From a bacterium (lineage in GTDB: Bacteria > T1Sed10-126), in the NCBI GenBank assembly GCA_003554945.1, contig PWHN01000099.1, positions 9,289 through 73,288 on the forward strand: a stretch of DNA of 64,000 nucleotides, read 5' to 3'. The number at the start of each line of letters is the position of its first letter. Positions within the stretch are counted from its first letter, which is position 1. The position numbers and the translations under genes are program-made. The notes beneath the pieces are model-generated. The model did not search any database. It was not told the origin of the DNA and saw nothing but the letters and a program-made list of their open reading frames with translations. Below are positions 46,758 to 57,091 of this stretch, one piece after another.

Positions 46758-47466
46758 ACTCAGCGATCAAACTGGTCAAATCGAGAAATATAGTCTTTAT
46801 GGTTTTGAACCCCTGGAGCTGGAAAATTTTTCTGAAGTAGAGGAAATTTTGTTAAAACTGGCGTCAAGGTTGCGTAAGAGCGGTGCCTGTTATGATATAA
46901 GCTGGCGTGGCGCAAAAACACCTTTTCGATTGCGCAGTGAGACTCCGGTGAGTGAAAATACCACTGAAATAAGCCGGGTTACGTCCCGGGGGGGACGGAT
47001 TACCCTGAGGATAAGCGGTATTTCTGAAACTGTTAAAAAGGCTCTGGTTCAGGAACTGGAACTGCTTTTTCACCTGCCTGCCGGGCCTTTTCAGGAACGC
47101 CAGGAAAAAGATCTTAATTTGCTCTTTCCTGGCGCCTTTGAGGCCGAGGTGAAGATTGAGTTTAGCCGCTGGCATGAATATGAACTTCCCTTCTGGTTGC
47201 TGCGACTGGAATTGTCCGAACAGCTCCAGTGGAGACGGGTTACAAAAACTTTAAAACATGCTTCCAGCCTTCGTGATAAGATCTGTAAGGTCACCGATCA
47301 GTTGCTGTTGATTCTTTTTAGAGCTCGTTCTTATGAGGAAAGGCTGGATACTGAATTAAATACCCGGCTTAACCGTCAGCATTCCGCCCAAAAATTTAAA
47401 CTGCTCTCGTTACATGTGCCGGAAAGTTGTGAAGATTGGAATGAAATCAAGAACTTTATGAGATAA
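46750..47466 (+). CDS. Hypothetical protein
   Basis: 238-aa ORF overlapping the upstream gene by 8 nt, suggesting an operon. No motif recognised. Confidence 0.45.
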   Translation: MTELSDQTGQIEKYSLYGFEPLELENFSEVEEILLKLASRLRKSGACYDISWRGAKTPFRLRSETPVSENTTEISRVTSRGGRITLRISGISETVKKALVQELELLFHLPAGPFQERQEKDLNLLFPGAFEAEVKIEFSRWHEYELPFWLLRLELSEQLQWRRVTKTLKHASSLRDKICKVTDQLLLILFRARSYEERLDTELNTRLNRQHSAQKFKLLSLHVPESCEDWNEIKNFMR

Positions 47467-47479
47467 TAACCCAAACTTA

Positions 47480-47570
47480 CTACTCACCTTATCTTTCCCC
47501 CCCTTGAAGGGGGAAAAACAAAGGGGGGTGACCCCCGGCCCTCTCCCTCCAGGGGAGAGGGGATAGATGA
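47480..47570. repeat. G/C-run palindromic hairpins upstream of rho
   Basis: ctttcccccccttgaagggggaaaaac and ccctctccctccaggggagagggg. Confidence 0.6.
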
Positions 47571-47601
47571 GTAGTTATAACTCAAATTTTGTAATAAAGG
47601 A

Positions 47602-48897
47602 GTGGCTGCAAAGATGTCAGGAGAATCGATTAATCTGCAGAAAATTAGCATCGAAGAGTTGAATAATATGGAGCGTGATGAGCTCGACTCGCTGGCCGCA
47701 AGTGTCGGCGTGGAAGAACTTGAAGACAAGAACCACAAAGAGGTTGCTTTTGAAGTTCTTCGGGCCAAAGCCCATGACAATGGAAACCGTTTTGGCAAGG
47801 GGGTATTGGAAATTTTGCCCGATGGATTCGGTTTCTTGCGCCGTGAAGCTCAGAGCTATGTTCCCGGTGAAGATGACATCTATATTTCCCCTTCACAGGT
47901 AAAAAGATTTTCTCTGCGGATGGGGGATACCGTTGTCGGCCAAATTAGACCGCCCAAAAAAAGTGAACGGTTCTATGCTCTCTTAAGGGTGGAAGCTGTT
48001 AACGGCCGCGATCCGGAGCTTGCCTCCCGGCGGACCGATTTTGACAAATTGACACCACTATATCCGGAACAAAGGCTTCAGCTTGAAACTACCAAGGAAG
48101 AGGTATCAACCCGGATTATTGATCTCTTTACTCCGATTGGTAAGGGTCAGCGTGGTCTCATCGTTTCTCCGCCGCGAACCGGGAAGACCATACTTCTGCA
48201 GAAAGCTGCTAATAGCATTCACGCCAACCATCCCGAGTGTTATATTATTATCCTGCTTATCGACGAGCGACCGGAGGAGGTCACCGACATGGAGCGCAAT
48301 GTCGGCGCCGCTGAAGTCATATCGTCAACTTTTGATGAACAGGCGGAGAGGCACACTCGCGTAGCTGAAATGGTTATTGAAAAGGCCAAACGGCTGGTTG
48401 AATACCAGCAGGACGTTGTGATTTTTCTCGATAGTATTACCCGTCTGGCTAGAGCTTATAACCTTACAGTACCGACCAGCGGCAAAGTTCTTTCCGGTGG
48501 TGTGGACTCTAATGCTTTACATAAACCGAAAAGATTCTTCGGCGCCGCCCGCAACATAGAGGAGGGAGGCAGTCTCACAATTCTGTCCACCGCTCTAATT
48601 GAAACCGGAAGCCGCATGGATGACGTTATTTTTGAAGAGTTCAAGGGCACCGGTAACATGGAGATTAATCTCATACGGGAACTGGCCAACAAGCGAATTT
48701 ATCCGGCGATCGATTTGAATCGCTCAGGCACGCGAAAAGAGGAACTGCTGCTTGAAGATGGCGAGCTGCGTAAGGTCTATGCCCTGCGTAAAGCTCTCAG
48801 TCAATTGCCCCCTGCGGATAGCATGGAGATGGTGCTGGAAAAGATGTATGAAAGTGAAAATAATGAAAAGTTTCTGGAAATGGTAAACTCGGGTTAG
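47602..48897 (+). CDS. rho: Transcription termination factor Rho
   Basis: N-terminal domain with the OB-fold RNA-binding region ([37 protein letters not shown]). Walker [14 protein letters not shown]-terminal ...[22 protein letters not shown]. Confidence 0.9.
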   Translation: MAAKMSGESINLQKISIEELNNMERDELDSLAASVGVEELEDKNHKEVAFEVLRAKAHDNGNRFGKGVLEILPDGFGFLRREAQSYVPGEDDIYISPSQVKRFSLRMGDTVVGQIRPPKKSERFYALLRVEAVNGRDPELASRRTDFDKLTPLYPEQRLQLETTKEEVSTRIIDLFTPIGKGQRGLIVSPPRTGKTILLQKAANSIHANHPECYIIILLIDERPEEVTDMERNVGAAEVISSTFDEQAERHTRVAEMVIEKAKRLVEYQQDVVIFLDSITRLARAYNLTVPTSGKVLSGGVDSNALHKPKRFFGAARNIEEGGSLTILSTALIETGSRMDDVIFEEFKGTGNMEINLIRELANKRIYPAIDLNRSGTRKEELLLEDGELRKVYALRKALSQLPPADSMEMVLEKMYESENNEKFLEMVNSG

Positions 48898-49820
48898 ATT
48901 ACTTTACTTAACACGGAGAGCGCCTGCTGCTCGCGCTTTTGAAACATCTTGCCGCTGCCCTGGTAGTAATGTCCCATGCACACGGATTTTAACTTGACCC
49001 AGCCGTCGGCGCAGCGGACAAGTGGCCCGCTGTCTGTCGCTTTAATGCTCCCAGGGCTGGCCTTCTGCTCAAAATCCGCTCTCTCCACTTCGTAAATTTT
49101 TAACTCCGCACCGCGGAATGTTGTCTGAGCCCCAAAAAATGGGTTGCCCGCCCTAACATGGGCCTCAATCTCTTCGTATTTTTTATTCCAGTCAATTCTC
49201 AGGTGCTTCTCTTGAACCCGCGGTGCCTGCGGAAGATTTTCCACCTCTCGCTGTTTTTTTGCCTCTGGCATCCCGTCGTCGTTTATCTGCTTGAGCAGCT
49301 CAACTATTAACGTGCACCCCAGTTCGTTCAAAGTATAAAATAACTCGCCTACCGTTTCCGTCAAATCAAGCTCTACCCTGTGTCTGCTCAATATCGGCCC
49401 GGTGTCAAAGTTTTCGTCCATCAGGTGTAAAGTTGCTCCTGAATAAGGTTCGCGATTTTTTATCACCCAAAAATAAGGGTTGGCACCACGGTATTCGGGC
49501 AGCAGGGCCGGATGCATGTTGACTGTCCCCAGGGGTGGCGTTTCAATGAGAAATTTAGGCAGAAGCTTGTCGTAACCTACTGATATGGCTATATCTGGTT
49601 TTTTCTCCTGCAACCATTTTTTAACCCGGGGACTATCCAGCTCCGACGGAATAGAGTAGGGGATATTTGCTTCTTCCAAAAAATTACGCTGGTCTGTAGT
49701 TTCGGTGGGAAATTTTTCCGGGAGAAAAGCTCCACTGACCTGGACAGAATTGAGCTCATTTAGCTCCCTTAACAGCATCATTCCCGATATCGGTAGTAAA
49801 TAAAGGACAACTTTCAACAT
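48894..49820 (-). CDS. Formyltransferase-family protein (methionyl-tRNA formyltransferase-like)
   Basis: [16 protein letters not shown] matches the N(I/M)H.SLLP.yRG formyltransferase motif. Size fits Fmt. Its stop overlaps the rho stop by 4 nt on the opposite strand. Confidence 0.65.
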   Translation of the reverse strand: MLKVVLYLLPISGMMLLRELNELNSVQVSGAFLPEKFPTETTDQRNFLEEANIPYSIPSELDSPRVKKWLQEKKPDIAISVGYDKLLPKFLIETPPLGTVNMHPALLPEYRGANPYFWVIKNREPYSGATLHLMDENFDTGPILSRHRVELDLTETVGELFYTLNELGCTLIVELLKQINDDGMPEAKKQREVENLPQAPRVQEKHLRIDWNKKYEEIEAHVRAGNPFFGAQTTFRGAELKIYEVERADFEQKASPGSIKATDSGPLVRCADGWVKLKSVCMGHYYQGSGKMFQKREQQALSVLSKVI

Positions 49821-49897
49821 ATCTTAAACTCCTCTCCGAATATTGACGAAAATAAATTAGAAGCTTTAACCCACAACTAAAGGAGTCAAACGTACTA

Positions 49898-50965
49898 TTG
49901 AATAAGAAAAAATATAAGCGACCACGAAATTTTAACAGTAATATTTTGAAAATTGCAGGTAGTCTGATAGCGATTGGTTTGTTATTTTATTTTTCTCTCG
50001 GATATTTTGGTCAAACAGGAGCACAAGACCGACGATTTGAACAGAACGTTGGCCGTGATCTCATGATTGCCGGCCCGGAAGCTGCACTCCATCCAACCGG
50101 GTCAAAAAATGCCGAAGGTACAGAAACGGGTGGTCCTGAACGTATTAACGGGTTGAATGGGTTTATTACTCCCTCGACTGATTATATTGATCCCTTTGAG
50201 CAGCACGAAGTGCTGGAATATATTACTCATGAAGTAAAACCCGGCGAAAGTCTCTGGGCGATTTCCAACCTTTACGGCCGCCGCCAGTATACGATCGCAT
50301 CAGCAAATTACGACCTCCTGCGCCGATATAATTCTCTGCCGGTAGGAATAGAGTTAAGAATACCGAATAGAGATGGCGTTGTAACTGAATTAAGTCATGG
50401 ACAGACGCTATCGGATATTTATCTCGCCTATGGAGTAAGTCCGGATGAGATACTTGAATTTAACGAGCTGGACGATGCCGGACGACTCAGCGTTGGCCAG
50501 GAGCTCTTTATTCCCGGAGCCGAGCCGCTTAACCGCTTTGCTTTACGTTTTGACCACGGTAACAACAGTGACTATATATGGCCGCTACCGGTTGACAATC
50601 CACGGATAACCTCCGGATTTGGCGATCGGATTCATCCTGTCAAAGAAAGAGAAATTTTTCATACCGGTATAGATATTGCCGCTGCTCATGGAAAGAAAGC
50701 CTATTCAGCCAGAGACGGTCGAGTAAACTTTGTCGGTGTAATACCTGGCTACGGTAACGTTGTTACCGTTATACATTCTAACCGCTACAAGACCCTGTAT
50801 GCTCACCTTTTGGAACAGCTAGTCAGGCCAAATCAGTTCGTCGAACAGGGCCAGCCGATAGGTCGAGTCGGAGCAACCGGCTATGCTACAGGCCCTCACC
50901 TTCATTTTGAAATTAGGCGTTCAGGTAATCCCGTTAATCCCCTGGAGTATCTTCCCGACCGCTAA
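49898..50965 (+). CDS. LysM-domain M23 peptidase
   Basis: Two LysM-like segments (HEVKPGESLWAISNLYG; HGQTLSDIYLAYGVSPDEILEFNEL). M23 motifs HTGIDIAA and GPHLHFEI. Confidence 0.75.
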   Translation: MNKKKYKRPRNFNSNILKIAGSLIAIGLLFYFSLGYFGQTGAQDRRFEQNVGRDLMIAGPEAALHPTGSKNAEGTETGGPERINGLNGFITPSTDYIDPFEQHEVLEYITHEVKPGESLWAISNLYGRRQYTIASANYDLLRRYNSLPVGIELRIPNRDGVVTELSHGQTLSDIYLAYGVSPDEILEFNELDDAGRLSVGQELFIPGAEPLNRFALRFDHGNNSDYIWPLPVDNPRITSGFGDRIHPVKEREIFHTGIDIAAAHGKKAYSARDGRVNFVGVIPGYGNVVTVIHSNRYKTLYAHLLEQLVRPNQFVEQGQPIGRVGATGYATGPHLHFEIRRSGNPVNPLEYLPDR

Positions 50966-50977
50966 ATAATATCACCT

Positions 50978-52609
50978 TTAGAGATAACCAAGGTCGGTTA
51001 ACGCCTCTTTTAGCTCCTCGTTTTCGTTAGCACTTAATTTTTTATCTTCTTTTGAACGCTGTTTTTCTACTTCTTCCGGTTCTGGAAATCTCTTGTTTAG
51101 TCTTTTTTCTAATTCCTCTGCTACTTTTTGATAACTCGGCTCCGGCGGTTTTCTCCCCAGTAAATTGTCTCTCTCCAGGTGATCTTCCCGCCAGCGTGTT
51201 AGCGTTGGCGAGTGAAAATTACGTTGTTGGTCAAGTCTTAAAACAAATTTTTCTCGCTCCTGCCGGCTGTCGTTAGCTCTAAGTTCATCTGAATATTTAT
51301 TAATTACCGTCTCGTCCGGTTGAACGAGCAGACGTTTCATAAAAGCTGTTTCCACAAATTTTTCAACTGGTAATTCATAATCTTTTTCCTTTAACGGAAG
51401 ACCCGCCCGGGTAAATTTATATCCCCCGGCAGTTAAGATCGTCTCCCAGTTTATAAAAGCCTCGCGTGGGAAATCATCCTTCGATTTATTTTTGTCGTCA
51501 CTATATTCGCTGTAAAGTGATCTTTCTTCAGTGATGGTTTTTAAAAGATTATAACCAGAAAAATTTTGATTATTGCTGTCCAGGCCGTGTAATCCAAGCA
51601 GAGTAGGGGCCAGGTCAACCATCGAGCTGTAGCTTATCTCATCAACTGTTAGAAGCTCTTCACCGGCTGTATACAGCAGTCCGGGTATACGAATAAGATC
51701 CTGGTCGGGGGGACCAGAATGTTCAAAGCCGAGCAGATCAGAGTTTTCTCGTATTGTCTCTCCGTGGTCGGCCGTGAGAAGAAAATTTGTATTTTTACCG
51801 TGCTCATCCTCAAACAGAAAATCAACCAGGGGAGCCAGTGAGTGGGCGTCGAAATGATTAACACCTTCCACATACCAGTTGGCCATGTATTCAATTGGAT
51901 TGTCAATCTTTTGATCCCGTTTTATGTGGATGTGATAGGCGGTTTTTAAGAACTGCCAGAGCAGCTGGTCGCCGCTCGCTCGAAAGGGATAATCTTCCCC
52001 CCGCGCTCTCTCCAACGCGTCACTTCGTTTGAAATTGTAGTCAAAACCAAGTAGTTCAGCTAACTCCGTCGCCTTCTCAATTGCCCGGTCATGATAGCTA
52101 CGGTTTGGTGGATAATGAGACAGCAGGTAAGGGTGGTGGACGTCCATCGTGTGATAATATATAAAGACCGGCCGGTTATTTTCGTTATGACGTTTTATTT
52201 CCTCGATCAATCGGTTCACAGGACCTTCAAGATAGTGGTCGAATCTATCACCAAGACCATTATGTTTCAGTAATTTTATGCCGTTAAATATAATTGTGAC
52301 GTAGCCGGATTCTTTGAAGTAGTCGGCGAGAGTTTTTGTTTCTTCAAAAATTTCGCACTGAAACCCGTAAAGACCGTGTTCGCGCGGATATTTACCCGTC
52401 ATAAGACTTGCCACGGCGGGCGGTGTCGCTGTGTAAGACGTGTGCAGGCGGGGGATGATCGAGCCTTTTTCGACTAATTTTTGCAGGTTTTTTAGCTCTA
52501 ATTTTTCTATCAAGTCATGTTTGGCCAGCACGCCCTGGTCTTGTTCAGAGTCGGGAAGGACGTCAAAACGGAGCGAATCAACCAGGAAAAGAAGACAATT
52601 TTTTTTCAA
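50978..52609 (-). CDS. Sulfatase / alkaline-phosphatase-superfamily protein with a basic C-terminal tail
   Basis: N-terminal LLFLVDSLRFDVL metal-binding region. Internal ...DHGE... and HHPY. Confidence 0.6.
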   Translation of the reverse strand: MKKNCLLFLVDSLRFDVLPDSEQDQGVLAKHDLIEKLELKNLQKLVEKGSIIPRLHTSYTATPPAVASLMTGKYPREHGLYGFQCEIFEETKTLADYFKESGYVTIIFNGIKLLKHNGLGDRFDHYLEGPVNRLIEEIKRHNENNRPVFIYYHTMDVHHPYLLSHYPPNRSYHDRAIEKATELAELLGFDYNFKRSDALERARGEDYPFRASGDQLLWQFLKTAYHIHIKRDQKIDNPIEYMANWYVEGVNHFDAHSLAPLVDFLFEDEHGKNTNFLLTADHGETIRENSDLLGFEHSGPPDQDLIRIPGLLYTAGEELLTVDEISYSSMVDLAPTLLGLHGLDSNNQNFSGYNLLKTITEERSLYSEYSDDKNKSKDDFPREAFINWETILTAGGYKFTRAGLPLKEKDYELPVEKFVETAFMKRLLVQPDETVINKYSDELRANDSRQEREKFVLRLDQQRNFHSPTLTRWREDHLERDNLLGRKPPEPSYQKVAEELEKRLNKRFPEPEEVEKQRSKEDKKLSANENEELKEALTDLGYL

Positions 52610-52961
52610 AATTTTCCTCCTTGATCCAAATATTGTGTGTTTAAGAGTAGGAAGCTTGATTCAGCAACTAAATAATATACGCTAATCTGCACAAGAGCAA
52701 CAGTCTCAATCGCAGAACCTACCAACATGGCCTTAGACTGGAGGATTTACCATTAAAAAGCATGAACCCACTTTAACCAATGTTGAGCCGGAAGAACTGA
52801 CCGAAATAATTGATAAGCTGAGCAAGGTCGAACAATCCCTCGGGTTTTCTCTGCCGGAACCTGCTGATAGAGGTTTTTATAGTTTTGGCAAGTGGATAGT
52901 CCCGGCTGATTACCTGGACTGGCTTTCTAAGGACAGGAAAGAGCAGGACGCTACAGCGGAG

Positions 52962-53954
52962 TTGAAAGAGATAGATGGGATAATTAGTCAGTTGCATCAC
53001 GAAAGCGGAGGGATACCGGATTATGAGAGTGAATTAATCGACAGCTATAAACTGCATGCGCCGCTGGTTTTTGTCGGTCCTTATCGACGCGGCCGCCAGT
53101 TCGCCCGTCTCTTCTATTTTCAACCGCAACTCGCATCGGTTAAGGTGGGACTGGAGGGAGATAAAGCCGATCAACTTCTGCATAGAGAAGTGGAGGTTAG
53201 ATTGATTTTTGAAGAGATTGCTCCTGAGTTGATAACTCCCAATCTTTTTCAGGCAAAACTTGACCATGAGCCTCCATTCTATGCTGAACCGGTAATTAAT
53301 TTTCGTACGTTTGATTTAAAACGGGACATACATCTTTTGCGCAGTCAGTTTTTACCTGCCTACACACGGCTGCAGAGAACCTGGGGAGTTGATGTTAAGC
53401 CTGTAAGTTCATTCTTTACCGATTTTGCTTCAGGAGAAGATGATGAGGCAGTAAAACCCCCCGGTTTAATTGATGTTTTAAAACTCTTCAAGGAGATAAC
53501 CTGGCAGCCCTGCTGGGTTGAACCTCAGAAGATGGCCGAGCAGTTGGTTACTATTTTTAACAGCGACAAAAAACTACTGATTGGCTTAATTCATGGTGAT
53601 GTTCATACATCAAATTTCCTGGTTGACGAGAACAATTCTATTCTTTATTTCATTGATTGGGAGGACGCCCGGGTCTCTTATCTATTTTATGACTGGTATA
53701 AAATGCTCAGGTATTTCCCGTCGTCTGTTGCTATTGATCTGATAGCAACAAATCATATGCTTCTTAGCGCTGAATTTCCTGATGAAGATGTCCTTGACTG
53801 GCAGTCGCAGTTAATTATATTTTTCTATCAGCAGCTTCGATACAGCGTTGAGTCCAGGCAAAAGCAGATGGAAGAAAAAATAGATATGGACTGGTTAGAG
53901 AGTAATTTAAAAAAGATCGACTATATCGATCAGTTGTTAAAGTTAAGAGAATAA
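52962..53954 (+). CDS. Aminoglycoside-phosphotransferase/choline-kinase-fold kinase (true start probably upstream)
   Basis: LIHGDVHTSNFLVDENNSILYFIDWEDARVSYLFYDWY carries the catalytic HGD and the DWE motif. The frame is open and protein-like back to about 52737 without an ATG/GTG. Confidence 0.55.
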   Translation: MKEIDGIISQLHHESGGIPDYESELIDSYKLHAPLVFVGPYRRGRQFARLFYFQPQLASVKVGLEGDKADQLLHREVEVRLIFEEIAPELITPNLFQAKLDHEPPFYAEPVINFRTFDLKRDIHLLRSQFLPAYTRLQRTWGVDVKPVSSFFTDFASGEDDEAVKPPGLIDVLKLFKEITWQPCWVEPQKMAEQLVTIFNSDKKLLIGLIHGDVHTSNFLVDENNSILYFIDWEDARVSYLFYDWYKMLRYFPSSVAIDLIATNHMLLSAEFPDEDVLDWQSQLIIFFYQQLRYSVESRQKQMEEKIDMDWLESNLKKIDYIDQLLKLRE

Positions 53955-54143
53955 GCAGTAAATCTCTCCGGGGATATTGTTTATGGCCCCGCTGATCCCA
54001 CCAATTTAGTTCACCCGTCCGCTGCCGGTTTGTAACCATAAACACGTGAGGCAGTGGAGTTTGAACCAGGTATTGAACGAATATGACGGGAACATGATAT
54101 TAGGGCAGGAAGTTGAGATTATTTTCCGTTACTTCCGATAAGT

Positions 54144-54195
54144 TATATTATGTAAAATCGGAGATATGCAATTATCTCCGATTTTACATAATATA
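54144..54195. repeat. Perfect 23-bp inverted repeat with a 6-nt spacer between convergent genes
   Basis: tatattatgtaaaatcggagata-tgcaat-tatctccgattttacataatata. Confidence 0.8.
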
Positions 54196-54232
54196 GTGGC
54201 AAACCTAACCCGGAATCCATCTATCTATCGGG

Positions 54233-54442
54233 TTATGACCATAGAAAGGTCAACAAAACCACGAGCTGGCTGCCCAGCGCCGTTGCTAATATTACTATCA
54301 GGACAGTCAATACAGCCCATTTGCTGTCGGAATCGCTCTCTTTGCTAAATTGATAGTCCTCGTGTCCGGGAACTCCTGTGAGCTGGCGTTTTCCGTTGCG
54401 TCTCTTTTCGCTGCGGTCTAGCGCCTCTTTAATCAGTGACAT
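54233..54442 (-). CDS. Small membrane protein downstream of the exeA-like gene
   Basis: 69-aa ORF overlapping the exeA-like stop. C-terminal TM helix WAVLTVLIVILATALGSQLVVLL. Confidence 0.3.
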   Translation of the reverse strand: MSLIKEALDRSEKRRNGKRQLTGVPGHEDYQFSKESDSDSKWAVLTVLIVILATALGSQLVVLLTFLWS

Positions 54443-56243
54443 CCCTGTCGCTTAACCTCCTTATAAAAGACTTTATTTCCTCTCCTGTCCAATCTGGTTC
54501 TCCGCGTCCCGATTCACTCAACAGCAGCGCCAGGGTCTCTTGGTCAATCTCTCCACTTGGTTCTAAGCCAACCTCATTCTGAAAATCCACTACAGAATTT
54601 TCGGTTTGTGGCCCAAAAAATTCAGTTCCAGGCAGATCATAGTCGCCGACTAAATTTAGTAATTCCTGAATCTCTTTAATTTCCTCTGTTTCCATCCAGA
54701 TGCTGTAAGTTGTCTCCGGGTCGACTATGAGTTCATCCGGGAAGACAATAATTTCTTTTTGCCATTTTTTGTCTGCTGTGTCACCGTTCAAATCAGTCCA
54801 GCCATAAATTGGGTCCCAGGCCCGGTCATCAGCCCCTGGTGTTATTAATACATAACGACTTTTTTCTTCGCCCCACAAACCAAGTAGCGGTATATCTACT
54901 TCCGATAAGTTATCCGCACTTAGCTTTAGGTATGTCGGTGTAGATGTCAATATTTCCGGAAAATATTCTTCAAATTCTGCTTCTTTTATATAATTATCGC
55001 TGTCAATGTTTTGTTCATCAACTTTTTGGTCGGAGTATGCACTTATCAGTCTACTCAAACTTAAAAATTTCCCCCGGTCCCCCGGCAGTTGGTCTGCTTC
55101 CACCGGTTCTATTTTTAACGGATTGGGTAGCGGCTCTTCTTCCTTTTCCTTTTTCTCTTTCTCTTCTTCCTCTGTTTTTGAAACAATCCCCTCCTCTACT
55201 TCACTCGTGCTGATTACCGGTGCATCAGACGATAGGATTGTTTGCATCTGATTTATCACCCAGCCCAGGCCGGCTCCCAGGAATAAGACGACAAGGGCTG
55301 CTGCTAACGCTCTTAAAAGCCAACCGGGGTTTGATAACCTGTCGCGCAAACACGACGAGTTAATCAGTGAGCGTAGTCTCCGTATTGCTCGTGAGCTGGT
55401 TAAATAACCGTTTTTATATCCTTCGCCGTCCGCCAACAGCTCCTCGGCCGCCGTAACCAGGTGCTGCTTGTTGATCAGGTGTGTCTCCTCAACGTAAGCT
55501 GCCATCAGGGCACGGTCGCAGATTAAGTTTATCAGTCGCGGATTGCCGCGAGTTACCTGGTAAAGTTTTTTAAATACATCGCGACTTACCTTTAACGGTT
55601 TTTCAGGCTGGGCTACTTCCAACCGATGCAGCACATACTCCCGGGTTTCTTCTCTGTCAAGATTCGACAGGTGACTGCGCACCGCAATTCTCTGTTTTAA
55701 CTGGCGCAGCTCTTTTTCCCCCAGCAGGCTGTTTAGTTCTGGCTGTCCGACCAATACAATCTGAAATAGTTTCTCTTTGTCCGTCTCAAAATTAGACAAA
55801 AGACGCAGGTTCTCCAGCACGTCGTAGTCCAAATTCTGTGCTTCGTCAATAACCAGACAGACGTTATTGCCCCGTTCATACTGGTCGATTACAAACTCCT
55901 GTAATAGATCGATTACTTCCTTTTTTGTCGGGTTCTCTGGCAGTTTTATACCCAGGTCTTCGGCAATTGTCAGCAGAAGTTCGTTGAAATTCATGGTTGA
56001 ATTTAAGACAAGCGCAGTTTTTACTGATTCGTCCAGTTCCTTTAAAAAGGCCCTACATACTGTGGTTTTCCCCGTCCCCACCCGCCCGGTTACCAGCACG
56101 AAACCCTTGCGCTCCTGCACGCCATACATCATGTGCGCGAGGGCTTCCTTGTGCTGGTCGCTGTAATAGAGAAAGTCGGGATCTGGTGTAACGTTGAACG
56201 GCTTGTTCTTAAAACCAAAATAATTTTCGTAAACTTCGCGCAT
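54429..56243 (-). CDS. ExeA/GspA-like AAA ATPase with a C-terminal peptidoglycan-binding domain
   Basis: N-terminus YFGFKNKPFNVTPDPDFLYYSDQHKEALAHMMYGVQERKGFVLVTGRVGTGKTT (AAA_22). A TM segment ALAAALVVLFLGAGLGWV. C-terminal VVDFQNEVGLEPSGEIDQETLALL (PG_binding_1-like). Confidence 0.7.
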   Translation of the reverse strand: MREVYENYFGFKNKPFNVTPDPDFLYYSDQHKEALAHMMYGVQERKGFVLVTGRVGTGKTTVCRAFLKELDESVKTALVLNSTMNFNELLLTIAEDLGIKLPENPTKKEVIDLLQEFVIDQYERGNNVCLVIDEAQNLDYDVLENLRLLSNFETDKEKLFQIVLVGQPELNSLLGEKELRQLKQRIAVRSHLSNLDREETREYVLHRLEVAQPEKPLKVSRDVFKKLYQVTRGNPRLINLICDRALMAAYVEETHLINKQHLVTAAEELLADGEGYKNGYLTSSRAIRRLRSLINSSCLRDRLSNPGWLLRALAAALVVLFLGAGLGWVINQMQTILSSDAPVISTSEVEEGIVSKTEEEEKEKKEKEEEPLPNPLKIEPVEADQLPGDRGKFLSLSRLISAYSDQKVDEQNIDSDNYIKEAEFEEYFPEILTSTPTYLKLSADNLSEVDIPLLGLWGEEKSRYVLITPGADDRAWDPIYGWTDLNGDTADKKWQKEIIVFPDELIVDPETTYSIWMETEEIKEIQELLNLVGDYDLPGTEFFGPQTENSVVDFQNEVGLEPSGEIDQETLALLLSESGRGEPDWTGEEIKSFIRRLSDRDVTD

Positions 56244-56245
56244 TA

Positions 56246-57085
56246 TTAGTTCAGCTCCCTGTGCTGGAGGGCCGGCAGTTTCCGGCGTATCTCATTTATT
56301 CTGTTTCTATTTATTGTGAAATTTAACAGTCCCGGGCGTCTTTTTTTCTCAGCCACCACTTGCCCCCAGGGATCAACCACCAGGCTGTTACCATGGCTGT
56401 CGACGCCGTTAATTCTATTTTTTCCTGTCTGTGCCGGTGCAATCACGTAACATTGATTTTCAATAGCTCGAGCTTGCAGCAGTGGCCGCCAGTGGACCTT
56501 TCCTGTCTCATCGGTGAAGCAGGCCGGCACGAAAATAACTTCCGCCCCCGCTTTGCTCAGTTGCCGAAAAAGTTCTGGAAAGCGGAGGTCGTAGCAGATA
56601 CCGACACCGCACTTGAACCCGTCAAAATCCACTACCGCAACCTCTTTCCCCGGCTTTAAATAGTCCGCCTCTCTTAGCTTGAACTCATCCGCAAGCTCAA
56701 TGTCGAACAGATGTATTTTTCGGTAAAAGGCGCTAATTTCACCGGTGCTGTCTATAAAATAGGCCGTGTTATAAAATCCTCCCGCCTCGCCGACCGGTTC
56801 CGGAATTGATCCGGCAATAATATTTATCTTCTCTTCTTTTGCTTTTTTTCTTAGCTGTTTTAGTCCTTCTTCTCCCGCTTTATAACCAAGAGTTCTAATG
56901 GTATCACCGTCACCCCGCAGCAGGAAGTTTTCGGGAAAAGCAATCAGCGAGCAGCCGTCTGTCCGCGCCGACTCAATCAAATTCAGTGTCTGCCGGAGGT
57001 TATCTTCAAAGTCCCCTGATGCGTCGACCTGAGCCAGAGACCAGCGACGCTGGTTCTTTTGTTCAAATTTGCTGTTTTCGACCAT
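56246..57085 (-). CDS. Carbon-nitrogen hydrolase (nitrilase superfamily)
   Basis: SLIAFPENFL carries the catalytic Glu; KIHLFD carries the Lys; GVGICYDLRFPE carries the Cys. Confidence 0.8.
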   Translation of the reverse strand: MVENSKFEQKNQRRWSLAQVDASGDFEDNLRQTLNLIESARTDGCSLIAFPENFLLRGDGDTIRTLGYKAGEEGLKQLRKKAKEEKINIIAGSIPEPVGEAGGFYNTAYFIDSTGEISAFYRKIHLFDIELADEFKLREADYLKPGKEVAVVDFDGFKCGVGICYDLRFPELFRQLSKAGAEVIFVPACFTDETGKVHWRPLLQARAIENQCYVIAPAQTGKNRINGVDSHGNSLVVDPWGQVVAEKKRRPGLLNFTINRNRINEIRRKLPALQHRELN

Positions 57086-57091
57086 AAATCA

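Noticed and set aside
54130-54913. Exact 17-nt repeat tacttccgataagttat at 54130-54146 (intergenic) and 54897-54913 (inside the exeA-like gene)
   Set aside because: A single exact 17-mer pair in 64 kb is within chance expectation (about 0.2 expected over both strands). With no additional copies or symmetry I do not call it a site.
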